In this document: in pieces, positions 39,716 to 50,699 of the stretch
Layout: every line of letters starts with the position of its first letter
Numbering within the stretch: the first letter of the stretch is position 1
NCBI GenBank assembly: GCA_963830125.1
Contig: CAWHKU010000004.1
Coordinates: 43,131 to 107,130, forward strand
Source: an uncultured Alphaproteobacteria bacterium
GTDB taxonomy: Bacteria > Pseudomonadota > Alphaproteobacteria > Rhizobiales > Xanthobacteraceae
Length of the DNA stretch: 64,000 nucleotides
Direction of reading: 5' to 3'
Notes under the pieces: model-generated
Seen by the model: only the letters and a program-made list of their open reading frames with translations
What the model was told of the DNA's origin: nothing
Databases searched by the model: none
Translations under genes and position numbers: made by a program

Positions 39716-40923
39716 TCAGGAGTCGCGCGCCAAAAGCGATGTATAAACGCCGCGAATGGCCTGGGCAACGCTCTGCGGTGAAAACATGAATTCGGCGAAT
39801 TGTCGCGCCCGGGCGCCGAGCGCCTCGTCCGCGGTGACGTCGAGCGCCAGCGCGGCGGTCGTGGCGCGCGCCAGTTCGCCGACATTGCCCGGCCGCACCA
39901 CCCAGCCGGTGCGCAATTCGTCGCGCATCCGCGGCGGGCACAGCAGATTTTCCGGCAACGCACCGACCGACGTCGCGACCACCGGCCGGCCGATGGCCTG
40001 CGCTTCGGCGGCGGCGCGGCCGGACAGCGGCGGCTGCAAGGCCGGCACCACCACCACGTCGGCGGTGGCCAGGGCCGTCGGCATGTCGGGGCAATGGCCG
40101 ACCAGGCGGACCAGCGTGTCGATGCCGTGCTGGCGGGCGCGGGCGCGCAAGGCATGTTTGTAACGCGGATGCCTGAGATCCTCGCCAGCGAAGACGAAGG
40201 CGATGTTGCGATCACCGCTGCCGACCATAAGCCGCGCGGCGTCGATCATGCTCATCTGCCCGTTCCAGGGCGCGATCCGGCCCGGCACCAGCACGATGCG
40301 CATATGCGGCAGCACGCCCCAGGCGCGCCGCATCGCCGCGATGCGGTCGCCGTTGATCGCCGCCGGATTGAACGTGGCGGTATCGATCGAACGCGGGATC
40401 ACGGTGATGCGCTCGGGCGCGAATTTTGTAGCGTTCGATCATCGCGCGCGAGATGTAGCTCGACGGCGCGATCACCCGGTCGCCGCGCGCGAGCGACGAG
40501 CGCAGCAGCGTGCCGGGCCAGGAGTCGCGCGCCAGTTCGTCGGGAAACGAGGTCACCAGAAACACCGGCATGCGGTCGGTGGCGGCCAGCGCGCTCCAGG
40601 CCGCACCCGCGCTTTGCGCATGCACGATGTCGATGCGTTCGCCGGCGATCAATTTTCTTAAATGCCGGATGTTGCTGCCGATGGTCAGCGGGTTGAGCGT
40701 GTCGCTCGGCATCGCCAAAAATTCACCGCCGAAGGCGCGCAACTCGCCGACCAGCGGGCCGTCGCCGCCGGCGACGATGGCGCGCGCGCCCGATTGCAGC
40801 AGCGTCAGCGCGATATCGACGGCGGCGTGGCCGGCCGGGTCGTCGCGCAGCGCCGGCGCCATTTGCAGAATGGTCGCGCCGGCGAGCGAACGCGGGCTGC
40901 CACGCGGGGTCTTCTTTCTTCAT
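39716..40923 (-). CDS. GT4-family glycosyltransferase (frameshifted), paralog of the adjacent gene
   Basis: IDIVHAQS, VPGRIAPWNGQ, DMPTALATAD and AEAQAIGRPVV. Confidence 0.85.
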
Positions 40924-41039
40924 CGCGGGAGCCCCCTTGCATCTTGCGGTCCGGTTGCGGCGAAAAGATGCCAATGCCGTAATGCTGGTCATCCCTGAAT
41001 CAGCTCAAAAAACGATGTGAGCGCCGCATCGGAGGATTT

Positions 41040-41835
41040 ATGAGCGAAGCCCGCCTGACAAGCCTGACCATCGAATCGCCCGCGCCTCAGCGGACCATCG
41101 CCGTGCGGGCGCGCGAGAGCAAGAGCGGCAATAAAGGCGGCTTGTCCGGTCCCGGCCTGGTTTGGCTCGGCGGCTTCAAATCCGACATGGGGGGCACCAA
41201 GGCGGTGGCGCTCGACGACTGGGCGCGCGAGCACGGCCGCGCCTGCCTTCGCTTCGATTATTCCGGTCACGGCGAATCGAGCGGCGACTTCAAGGACGGC
41301 ACCATCGGCCAATGGCTGGAGGAAAGCGTCGCGGTCTACCGGCAGTTCTGCCACGGCCCGCAGGTGCTGGTCGGCTCGTCGATGGGCGGCTGGATCGCAT
41401 TGCTGCTGGCGCGGGCGTTGCGTGAACTAAAAGAAAGCGCGCCGCTCGCTGGCATGGTGCTGATCGCGCCGGCGGTCGACTTCACCGAAGAGCTGATGTG
41501 GAAGCAGTTCTCCGACGACATCAAGCGCGAGATCGAGGTCAACGGCTTCTGGACGCGGCCGTCGGAATATGACGAAGGCGGCTATCCGATTACCAAGGCG
41601 TTGATCGAGGATGGCCGCAAACATCTGATGCTCGGCGGCGCTGATCGAGCCCGGCTGTCCGGTGCATATCCTGCAAGGCGTGCAGGATCCGGACGTGCCG
41701 TGGCAGCACGCGCTCGAACTGATGGCGCGTTTTGCCCGCGACGACGTGGTGCTGACTTTGATCAAGGACGGCGATCACCGGCTGTCGCGGCCGGAGGATA
41801 TCGAGCGGCTGTTGGCGGCGGTGGCAGAATTCTAG
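41040..41835 (+). CDS. alpha/beta hydrolase (frameshifted)
   Basis: FDYSGHGES, GSSMGG nucleophile elbow, DPDVP and DGDHRLS. Confidence 0.9.
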
Positions 41836-42950
41836 TGAAGCGCTTGCGTCCACTCGTCGTTGACGGTGTCATCGCTTTCGTTTTGCTTTTCCGCCAACGC
41901 CGCAAACTTTTCCTTCGGCAACAACCGTGACAACGCCCACACCGCCGCGCCGCGCACCAGTGGCGAAGCGTCGTTCAATAATCTTTCCGCTTCGGGCACG
42001 AGCGAAACGTCACCCGAATTTCCGATGGCGTTGAGCACATTGCGGATGAAGCGGTCGCGGCCGGTGCGCTTGATCGAGGTCTTGGCAAACAATTCGCGGA
42101 ACTGCGCGTCGTCGAGCGCGAACCAGATCGATCAGCTTCGGCGCGCGCAATTGATCGCGCGCGGCAAGTTTGGCTTCATGACCGGCCTGCGCGAATTTGT
42201 TCCACGGACAGACGGCCAGACAATCGTCGCAGCCGTAAATGCGATTGCCCATCATCGGGCGCAATTCGCGCGGGATCGGACCTTTGTGCTCGATGGTGAG
42301 ATAAGAAATGCAGCGCCGCGCATCGAGCCGGTAAGGCTCCGGGAAAGCGTCGGTCGGGCAGACGTCGAGACAGGCGCGGCAACTGCCGCAACTGTCTTCG
42401 ACAGGTTCATCGGCCGGTAGATCGAGCGTGGTGAAGATCGCGCCGAGGAACAACCACGACCCGAATTGGCGAGACACCAAATTGGTGTGCTTGCCCTGCC
42501 AGCCGAGTCCGGCTTGTGCCGCCAAAGGCTTTTCCATCACCGCCGCGGTATCGACGAACACTTTGACATCGCCGCCGGCATTCGCGACCAGCCAGCGCGC
42601 CAGTTCCTTCAGCCGCTTCTTGATCAGGTCGTGATAGTCGTCGCCTTTGGCGTAAACCGAAATCGCGGCGCGATCGCGCTGGGCCAAAACATCGAGCGGG
42701 TTTTCATCCGGCCCATAGTTCAAGCCGAGCATGATGACCGAGCGCACGTCCGGCCATAGCGCCAAAGGCGACGCGCGCCGCTCGGCGGTGGTTGCCATCC
42801 ACGCCATGTCGCCATGCGCGCCGTCGGCGAGAAAGCGTTCGAGCCGCGCTTTGGCTTCCGGCACGGCGTCCGGCCGCGTCACGCCGCCGACGTCGAAGCC
42901 GCTCGCACGCGCGCGCGCGATCAGTTCGGTTTTGATCGTCGGCGGGATCT
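41832..42950 (-). CDS. queG: tRNA epoxyqueuosine(34) reductase (frameshifted)
   Basis: [30 protein letters not shown] and [14 protein letters not shown]. Confidence 0.95.
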
Positions 42951-42951
42951 G

Positions 42952-43644
42952 TCAAAAATCCAGATCGGCGTAATGCTTGGCCGGCGGAATCCCGGCCAGC
43001 CGGTCGGCCAGCAGCGGACGGAACGACAGCCGCGACTTCACCCGCGCGTACCAGTTCTTGGCGGCTTCGTCTTCGTTCCACGGCACATCGCCCAGATAAT
43101 CGACGGAGGAAATATGCGCGGCCGCCGCCAGATCGGCGAGGCTCATGCGGTCGCCGGCCAGCCAGTCGCGCGTGCTCACCAGCCAGCCGATATAGGCCAG
43201 ATGATAGCGGATATTGTTGCGCGCGGCGCGCAAAGCGGCGGTATCGGGCGGCCCGCCGCCTTGTTCCACCGTCATGTGGCGCTTGAACACGCGCTCGGTC
43301 ACCAGCGGCCCGCTGACCTCGGCGTAGAATTTGTCGTTGAACCAGCTCGCCAGCCGGCGGACCTCGACCCGTTGACCGGGCGTCGCCGGCATCAGCCGGT
43401 CGGCGCCGTCGGTCGCCGGATGGGTCTCTTCGATATATTCGGCAATGATGGCGGCGCCCGGTATCGCCGGCAGGCCGTCGGCGACCAGAATCGGAATGGT
43501 GCCAGCCGGGTTCATCAGCAGCAGGTCTTCCCGCCGCTCCCAGAACCTTTCCTCCACCAGCCGCGCCTCGATGCCGTATTCGTTCAGGATCAGGCGCACA
43601 TAGCGCGACAGCGGACAGAGCGATTGTTGCAGCAGCGACAGCAT
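42952..43644 (-). CDS. fzlA: glutathione S-transferase family protein, FtsZ-binding FzlA-like
   Basis: GST fold (NPAGTIP, SLADLAAAAH, DYLGDVPW, KSRLSFRPLL) with a HYADLDF terminus; queG/uppP context. Confidence 0.75.
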   Translation of the reverse strand: MLSLLQQSLCPLSRYVRLILNEYGIEARLVEERFWERREDLLLMNPAGTIPILVADGLPAIPGAAIIAEYIEETHPATDGADRLMPATPGQRVEVRRLASWFNDKFYAEVSGPLVTERVFKRHMTVEQGGGPPDTAALRAARNNIRYHLAYIGWLVSTRDWLAGDRMSLADLAAAAHISSVDYLGDVPWNEDEAAKNWYARVKSRLSFRPLLADRLAGIPPAKHYADLDF

Positions 43645-43834
43645 GAGTGCCTGAAGGTAAAACCGGACAGATGGGGAGAATCGGTGACTGCACTATACAA
43701 ACACGTGCGGCCGCGCAAATTGCCTAACAGTCTCCGCCTTCTTTCCCATTGCCTGTACCGTGGCGTTGCGCCAAAAGCGCTCACCTGCCGACTCGCTGCC
43801 TGATTCGCCAGCCCTGCATTGAGCGCAGACCCCC

Positions 43835-44686
43835 ATGACACTCGACGCCCTCCAAGCGGCCGTTCTCGGCCCGTTTTCGGCTCATCTCGATCTGGTCAAG
43901 GCCGCCATTCTCGGCGTGGTCGAGGGCCTGACCGAGTTCCTGCCGGTCTCTTCCACCGGCCATCTGCTGCTGATGGAGCATTTCCTCGGCTGGGGCGACA
44001 GCGACTTCGGCAAGTCCTTCGCCATCCTGATCCAGCTCGGCGCCATTCTGGCGCTGCTGACGATCTATTTCGGCCGCATCTGGTCGCTGGCGATGAACAT
44101 GTTCTCGCGCTGGGAGGCGACGCGCTTTCGTCATCGGCATCCTGCTGGCCTTCCTGCCGGCGGCGGTGATCGGCGCGCTCGCCGGCAGCGCCATCAAGGC
44201 GCATTTGTTCGACGTGCGCATCGTCTGCATCACGCTGATCATCGGCGGCTTCGTGCTGTTGTGGGTCGACCGGCTGGATCTGAAGCCGCGCTATTTCGAA
44301 TCGACCAGCGTTCTCGCTGCCGATGTATTTCGTCATCGGCGTCTGCCAGTGCCTGGCGATGATCCCGGGCGTGTCGCGCTCGGGCGCGACCATCGTCGGC
44401 GCCATGCTGTTCGGCGCCGACCGCCGCTCGTCGGCGGAGTTTTCGTTCTGGCTGGCGATGCCGACCATGGTCGGCGCTTTCGCTTATGAAGCTTACAAGA
44501 GCCGCGCCGAACTGGCCGCACGCCAATATCACCGCGATCGCGGTCGGCTTCATCTTCTCGTTCATCTTCGGCTGGATCGTGGTGAAGACGTTCCTGACTT
44601 ATGTGCAGCGCCACACCTTCGCGCTGTTTGCCTGGTGGCGCATTCTGCTCGGCAGCGTCGGCATTTTCGCGATTTATTTTCTCTAG
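43835..44686 (+). CDS. uppP: undecaprenyl-diphosphate phosphatase (frameshifted)
   Basis: [24 protein letters not shown] and [10 protein letters not shown]. Confidence 0.95.
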
Positions 44687-44789
44687 CTATCGTCGCCCTA
44701 GATGCGTCGCGAGCGTCGACGTTCTCTTCATCCTGAGGGCGCGTTCCGGGCCAGCTCGGATGACGGCGAAATCCACGTCGCCGACTGTA

Positions 44790-45927
44790 CGAACAGAATA
44801 TCGCGGCTGACTTGGCGACGTCTTGACGCCGGTGAGCGACATCGTCGACGCGCAGTTCGTTCTCGATCAAGCGAGATGACTTGGCTGACGCCGGCTTCGC
44901 CCATGGCGGCAAGGCCATAGAGATAAGCGCGGCCGATCAGACAGCCGCGCGCGCCAAGCGCCAGCGCCTTCAGACACGTCCTGTCCGGACCGCACGCCGC
45001 CATCGAACAGAATCTCGATGCGGTCGCCGGCCGCATCCGCGATGCGCGGCAGCGCCGCGATGGTCGCCGGCGCGCCATCGAGCTGGCGGCCGCCGTGGTT
45101 CGACACCACGATGGCGTCGACGCCGAGATCGGCGGCTTTGCTTGCGCGTCGTCGGCGTCGAGAACGCCTTTCAATACCAGCTTGCCGGGCCAGAACTTGC
45201 GCACCCAGGCGATGTCGTCCCACGACAGCGACGGGTCGAAATTGTCGTTGACCCAGGAGCCGGATGCCGCGACCTTGCCTTTGCCTTTGATGTAGGCGTC
45301 GATATTGCCGAACGTCTTGCGCTTTCCCGCCAGCACGCCGGCGGTCCAGCTCGGCTTGGTCAGAACGTCGAAGGCGTTGCGCCAGGTCAGCTTCGGCGGC
45401 ACCGCCAGGCCGTTCTTGATGTCGGCGTGGCGTTGGCCGCGCATCGGCACATCGACGGTGACGAACAAAGCGGTGCAGCCGGCGGCGCTGCACGCGCGCG
45501 ACGACCTCTTCGCTGAAGCCGCGGTCTTTGAAGACATAAAGCTGAAACCAGAACGGTTCGCGCACCGCCGCGCGGACATCCTCGATCGAACAGATCGACA
45601 TCGTCGATAGCGTGAAGCGGATGCCGGCGCGTTCGGCGGCGCGCGCCGCGAGGATCTCGCCATCGCCGTGCAACAGGCCGGTCAATCCGGTCGGCGCGAT
45701 CGCCAACGGCATCGCGACCTTCTCGCCGAGCATGGTCGTCTTCAAGCGACACCGTGGTCATGTCGACCAGCACGCGCTGGCGAAAGCGGATCGCTTTCAG
45801 CGCGTCGCGGTTGGCGTCGCGGGTGATTTGGTCATAGGAGCCGCTTTCGGCGAATTCGAACATGGCGCGCGGAATCCGTTTGCGTGCGCAGCTGCCGCAG
45901 GTCCTCGACATTGGTGATGACCGGCAT
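44790..45927 (-). CDS. FMN-dependent alpha-hydroxy acid dehydrogenase (L-lactate dehydrogenase-like; frameshifted, 3' end uncertain)
   Basis: APTGLTG, WFQLY, VSNHGGRQLDG, DGGVRSG and IGRAYLYGL. Confidence 0.9.
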
Positions 45928-45978
45928 GGGTATCCCCCAACTTATTTTTATGGTGCGCCGGTAATCTGCGCCGCCGTC

Positions 45979-46957
45979 TTAAGCGATACGGCTTTTGAAC
46001 TGGCCGGTCTTGCGGAAGCGCCAGAGATAAGACGGCACGATCGCCTCGATCGTTTCCGGCGTCGATGCCGATGCCTTGCAGCGTGCGCCGTTCGGTCACG
46101 GCTTTCTCGGACACGACATTGTCGGTGCGCAGCATCTCGACCTGATCGGGCGTCAGCGTCAGCGGCGACGGCGCGAACTGCAGGAACAGCGCTTTGAGCT
46201 TGGCGGCAAAGAACGGCAGCGGCACCAGCAAGCGGTTGCGCTCGATGGTGGCGAGGATGAACTGCATCAGTTCCTTGAACGTCCGCACTTCCGGCCCGCC
46301 CAGTTCGTAGATCGTGCCGGTGCGGAGCTTGTCCTCAGCCGCCTCGGCGATCGCCTTGGCGACGTCGCCGACGAACACCGGCTGGAATTTGGTGTGGCCG
46401 CCGCCGATCAGCGGCAGCACCGGCGACATCCGGGCGAGCGCGGCGAATCGGTTGAAAAAATCGTCTTCCGGCCCGAACAGGATCGACGGCCGCATGATGA
46501 TCGCGTTGCGGCTGGGCGGCCAGCACCAGGCGCTCGGCGACCGCCTTGGAGCGGGCGTAAGCTGCCGGCGAATTCTCGTCGGCGCCGATCGCCGAGACGT
46601 GGACCATGCGGGCGCCGTGGGCGTTGGCCGCCAAAGCCACCTGTTCGGCGCCAAAGCTGTGGATCGGTATCGAAGCGCTGGCGGCCGCTTTCGGCCAGGA
46701 GGCCGACCAGGTTGATCAGCACGTCGGCGTCGCGGGCGGCAGCCTCGACCGAGGGCGCGTCGCGCAAATTGGCCTGAACGGCGTGAATCTGGCCGACCCG
46801 GCCGAGCGGCTGCAGGTGAAAGGCCAAGATCCGGCCGGCGAACCGCTACCCGGATGCGATAATCGCGCTTGGCCAGCGCCCGCACGACGTGGCGGCCGAG
46901 AAATCCAGAACCGCCATAGACGGTAATGAGGGTGTCGCTATTGCTTTTGGCGGTCAT
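45979..46957 (-). CDS. complex I NDUFA9-family NAD-dependent epimerase/dehydratase (frameshifted)
   Basis: VYGGSGFLGRH, HVSAIGAD, YARSK and RPSILFGPEDDFFNRFA. Confidence 0.88.
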
Positions 46958-47079
46958 TCCGCACTCCTTTTTGGCAAATTGGACCGTTACGCCCGGCAAA
47001 CCGGCAAATACAGGATCGGCCGGGGTCTGTATAGGGCGACAATCGGCACGCTTTGATGGCACTGTTCGAAGGCATTCAA

Positions 47080-47108
47080 TTGACAAGCGTAATGCCGATC
47101 CGTACCTA
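47080..47108 (+). promoter_or_regulatory. sigma70 promoter of tRNA-Leu
   Basis: TTGACA-N17-TACCTA upstream of the tRNA. Confidence 0.55.
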
Positions 47109-47132
47109 GACCTCCGCAAGTTCTAAAGCTTT

Positions 47133-47219
<87 letters not shown>

Positions 47220-47241
47220 CTAACTAAAACTAGGACGCGGA

Positions 47242-47868
47242 ATGACCGTCCGTCTGCATCGCGGCGATTTGCCCAATCTGAACGCCTATAAGGGCAAAGC
47301 CGTCGCGATCGACACCGAGACGATGGGCCTCAGCGCCAATCGCGACCGGCTCTGCGTCGTTCAGCTGTCGCCCGGCGACGGCTCCGCCGATGTGGTGCAG
47401 ATCGCCCCCGGCCAGACCAAGGCGCCCAATATCGAGAAGCTGCTGGCCGACCCGGCGATCGTCAAAATCTTTCATTACGGCCGTTTCGACATGGGCGTCA
47501 TGGCCAAGGCCTTCGGCGTCATGGCCGAGCCGGTCTATTGCACCAAGATCGCCTCGCGGCTGGCGCGCACTTATACCGACCGGCACGGCCTCAAGGACCT
47601 CGCGCGCGAACTGATCGGCGTCGATCTGTCGAAGCAGCAGCAGTCGTCCGACTGGGGCGCCGAAGCGCTGACCGATCCGCAGGTCGCCTATGCCGCCACC
47701 GACGTGCTGCATCTGCATGCCCTGATGGACAAGCTGAATGGAATGCTGGCGCGCGAAGGCCGCATGGAACTGGCGACCTCCTGTTTCGGCTTCCTGGCGG
47801 ATCGGGTTCGGCTCGATCTGGCCGGATGGGAGTCCGAAGATATTTTTTCGCACTCGGCAAAAGCTTAG
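47242..47868 (+). CDS. rnd: ribonuclease D (3'-5' exonuclease)
   Basis: intact ORF; AIDTETMGL, KIFHYGRFD, QQSSDWG and YAATDV. Confidence 0.9.
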   Translation: MTVRLHRGDLPNLNAYKGKAVAIDTETMGLSANRDRLCVVQLSPGDGSADVVQIAPGQTKAPNIEKLLADPAIVKIFHYGRFDMGVMAKAFGVMAEPVYCTKIASRLARTYTDRHGLKDLARELIGVDLSKQQQSSDWGAEALTDPQVAYAATDVLHLHALMDKLNGMLAREGRMELATSCFGFLADRVRLDLAGWESEDIFSHSAKA

Positions 47869-48053
47869 CAACGCGTTTAAGTTGCCGCTCGATTTGCCCC
47901 TTGCCCGCGAGATGGGTCCAAGACGGGGCTTTGTGACCGTTCGTTGGCCGATCTTGCCGCTTATGGGCCATATTCGCCGCGCATATCGGTCTCGGGTGGC
48001 GCGACTGGGTTTGCAAAATCCCGTTCGAAACGGAGCCGTGATCTAATCGCACC

Positions 48054-48767
48054 ATGAGTCGGGTCATCACAGCCAAAGCCGATCAGCGCACCGCGCAGTC
48101 CTATTGGACCATGAGCCGCGGCGACAGCGAGCGTGCGTTTCGTTCCGCCCGCCGCCACAGCCGCATGGTGCGCATCCTGCGCATCGCGTTGCCGGTGGCG
48201 ACGGTGCTCGGCCTCGGCGGCATGTTTCTCATCACCTATTTCAATCCGCTGCGCCTTCTCACCAAGCTGCCGGTCAATATCAACGATATGGTCGTGTCCG
48301 GCACCAAGATCACGATGGAGAAACCGCGTCTCTCGGGCTTCACCAAGGATCAGCGCGCCTACGAATTCACCGCCGCGGCGGCGGCGCAGGATCTAACCCG
48401 GCCGAACATCGTCGAACTGCGCAACATCCACGCCAAGGTCGATATGCAGGACAAGAGCACGATGTCGATGACGGCGGCCACCGGCGTCTATGATACCAAG
48501 TCCGAAACTCTCAAGCTCATGGACGATATCGTGCTGACCTCGACCAACGGCAATAAAGGCCACTTGAGCGAAGCGGTTATCGATGTCCGCAAGGGCAACG
48601 TCGTCTCCGACAAACCGGTCGAACTGGAAATGCTGCAAGGCGTGCTCAACGCCAATCAATTGGAAATCGTCGATTCCGGTGCGCTGGTTCGTTTCCATGA
48701 CGGCGTGACCATGACCCTGATGCTCAATGGCACCGCCGTGCCCAAGTCGGATAACGCAGCGAAATGA
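48054..48767 (+). CDS. lptC: LPS export protein LptC
   Basis: single N-terminal TM plus beta-jellyroll; upstream of lptA-lptB. Confidence 0.8.
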   Translation: MSRVITAKADQRTAQSYWTMSRGDSERAFRSARRHSRMVRILRIALPVATVLGLGGMFLITYFNPLRLLTKLPVNINDMVVSGTKITMEKPRLSGFTKDQRAYEFTAAAAAQDLTRPNIVELRNIHAKVDMQDKSTMSMTAATGVYDTKSETLKLMDDIVLTSTNGNKGHLSEAVIDVRKGNVVSDKPVELEMLQGVLNANQLEIVDSGALVRFHDGVTMTLMLNGTAVPKSDNAAK

Positions 48768-49417
48768 TGGTGACCGGTCACTTGAACGCAATCTGGCAAA
48801 TCACGCGGTCGCTTGCCGTCGGCCTGATGCTCGCGCTGATGCTGTCGTTGTCCGGACAGACGCTGCATGCGCAGCCGGCCTCGAAGGGGCCGCCGAACGC
48901 GCTGCAGGGTTTTTCGCAAAATCGCGATCAGCCCGTCCATATCGAGGCCGCGACTCTGGAAGTGCGCGACAAGGACAAGATGGCGACCTTCTCCGGCGAC
49001 GTCCGCGTCAAGCAGGGCGACACCGGGATGCGCTGCAAGACGCTGAAGGTGTTCTACGAGCAGGACGGCGCCGACGACAAAGGCGGCAAGCCGATGCCGG
49101 CGGCGACGCCCGGCCCCGGCGGCGCGCAGAAGATCAAGCGCCTGGAAGCGCGCGGCGGCGTCGTCGTGACCCAGAAAAAGCAGACCGCCACCGGCGATCT
49201 CGGCATTTTCGACATGAAGGCCAATACCGTTACCCTCACCGGCCATGTTGTGATGACGCAAGGCAAAAACATCCTTCGCGGCGACCGTCTGGTGGTCGAT
49301 CTGACCACGGGGGTGTCGCGGGTGGAGTCGGGCAAAAACGGCACAGGCCGGGTCCAGGGCCTGTTCGTGCCCGGCAGCATGGACACGCCGGATCCGCGCG
49401 GCAAAGGCAAGAAGTGA
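48764..49417 (+). CDS. lptA: LPS transport periplasmic protein LptA (OstA family)
   Basis: PVHIEAATLEV, ATFSGDVRVKQG and GRVQGLF. Confidence 0.88.
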   Translation: MMVTGHLNAIWQITRSLAVGLMLALMLSLSGQTLHAQPASKGPPNALQGFSQNRDQPVHIEAATLEVRDKDKMATFSGDVRVKQGDTGMRCKTLKVFYEQDGADDKGGKPMPAATPGPGGAQKIKRLEARGGVVVTQKKQTATGDLGIFDMKANTVTLTGHVVMTQGKNILRGDRLVVDLTTGVSRVESGKNGTGRVQGLFVPGSMDTPDPRGKGKK

Positions 49418-49619
49418 CGGCCCGGCAATTGAACCGGCGCGCCCGACCCGATAGACCGGCAAACGAAACAGCGGCGGACATTCGGTCGGTCGGATGGCGG
49501 ATGTTGCTGCCGGTCCTGTTCACGCTTGACGCTTTGGCGATCGGGAATCAGCTAATGTCGCGCCGCAAGGCCGGAGTTCTCTCCCCAACAAACAGCTCCA
49601 GCCGCCGCGGGGTAGCCCG

Positions 49620-50486
49620 GTGAATATCATTTCGTTGTTTCGACGGCGGCAGCAGCCCACGCGGCGGCGTGCGCCATCGGCACCGGCGCCGGCCGGGCAA
49701 CCGGTCCACCCGCAGCAGGCCGCTGCCAGCCGTCCGCAGCAAGCCGGCGCCCGCCAGGCTGCCCGGCATTATCTCGCCGCCCACGGCGTCGAGAAGAGCT
49801 TCGGCGGCCGCATGGTGGTCAAAGGCGTCACGCTCTATGTCCGGCGCGGCGAGGCTGTCGGCCTGCTCGGGCCGAACGGCGCCGGCAAGACCACGGTGTT
49901 CTACATGATCACCGGCCTGATCAAGGCCGACCGCGGCCGCATCGAACTCGATGGCTATGACGTCACGGTGCTGCCGATGTATCAGCGCGCCCGCCTCGGC
50001 ATCGGCTATCTGCCGCAGGAAGCCTCGATTTTCCGCGGCCTCAATGTCGAGGAGAATATCCGCGCCGTACTCGAAGTGGTCGAGCCCGACCGCCGCCGCC
50101 GCGACGCCGATCTCAACGCGTTGCTGGAAGAGTTCAACATCACAAGGCTACGCAAGACGCCGACCATCGCGCTGTCGGGCGGCGAACGCCGCCGCGTCGA
50201 GATCGCCCGCGCCTTGGCGACGCGGCCGAGCTACATGCTGCTCGACGAACCGTTTGCCGGCATCGACCCGATCGCGGTCGGCGATATTCAGCAATTGGTC
50301 CGCCATCTGACCAATCGCGGCATCGGCGTGCTGATTACCGACCACAATGTCCGTGAGACGCTTGGGCTGACCGACCGCGCCTACATCATCTATTCCGGTG
50401 AGGTGCTGATGGAGGGCCGGGCCGAGGATATCGTGAATAACCCGGATGTCCGGCGGCTTTATCTCGGCGAGGAATTCCGGCTGTAG
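49620..50486 (+). CDS. lptB: LPS export ABC transporter ATP-binding protein
   Basis: GPNGAGKT, YLPQEASIF, LSGGERRR, LDEPFAG and YLGEEF. Confidence 0.97.
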   Translation: MNIISLFRRRQQPTRRRAPSAPAPAGQPVHPQQAAASRPQQAGARQAARHYLAAHGVEKSFGGRMVVKGVTLYVRRGEAVGLLGPNGAGKTTVFYMITGLIKADRGRIELDGYDVTVLPMYQRARLGIGYLPQEASIFRGLNVEENIRAVLEVVEPDRRRRDADLNALLEEFNITRLRKTPTIALSGGERRRVEIARALATRPSYMLLDEPFAGIDPIAVGDIQQLVRHLTNRGIGVLITDHNVRETLGLTDRAYIIYSGEVLMEGRAEDIVNNPDVRRLYLGEEFRL

Positions 50487-50663
50487 CAGCCGGATTGAGC
50501 CGAGCAGCGCTGCAGGCGGTCCGAAACCGCTCGAAAGCCGTCAATCGGCCGCTGACGGGCGCCCAATATCATAGCCGGCCAAAAATCTGCATATAATTTG
50601 AGCATTGCTGCGCTGCGGAATCACATACCGCTGGCGCGCGAAGACCTGTTATAAGCAAAATAA

Positions 50664-50679
50664 AGCAAGAATCGGACCA
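50664..50679 (-). promoter_or_regulatory. sigma54 (-24/-12) binding site oriented opposite to rpoN
   Basis: minus strand TGGTCCGATTCTTGCT = GG-N10-GC, 20 bp before the rpoN ATG. Confidence 0.7.
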
Positions 50680-50699
50680 GTTTCCGCCGGGAAACCTCA

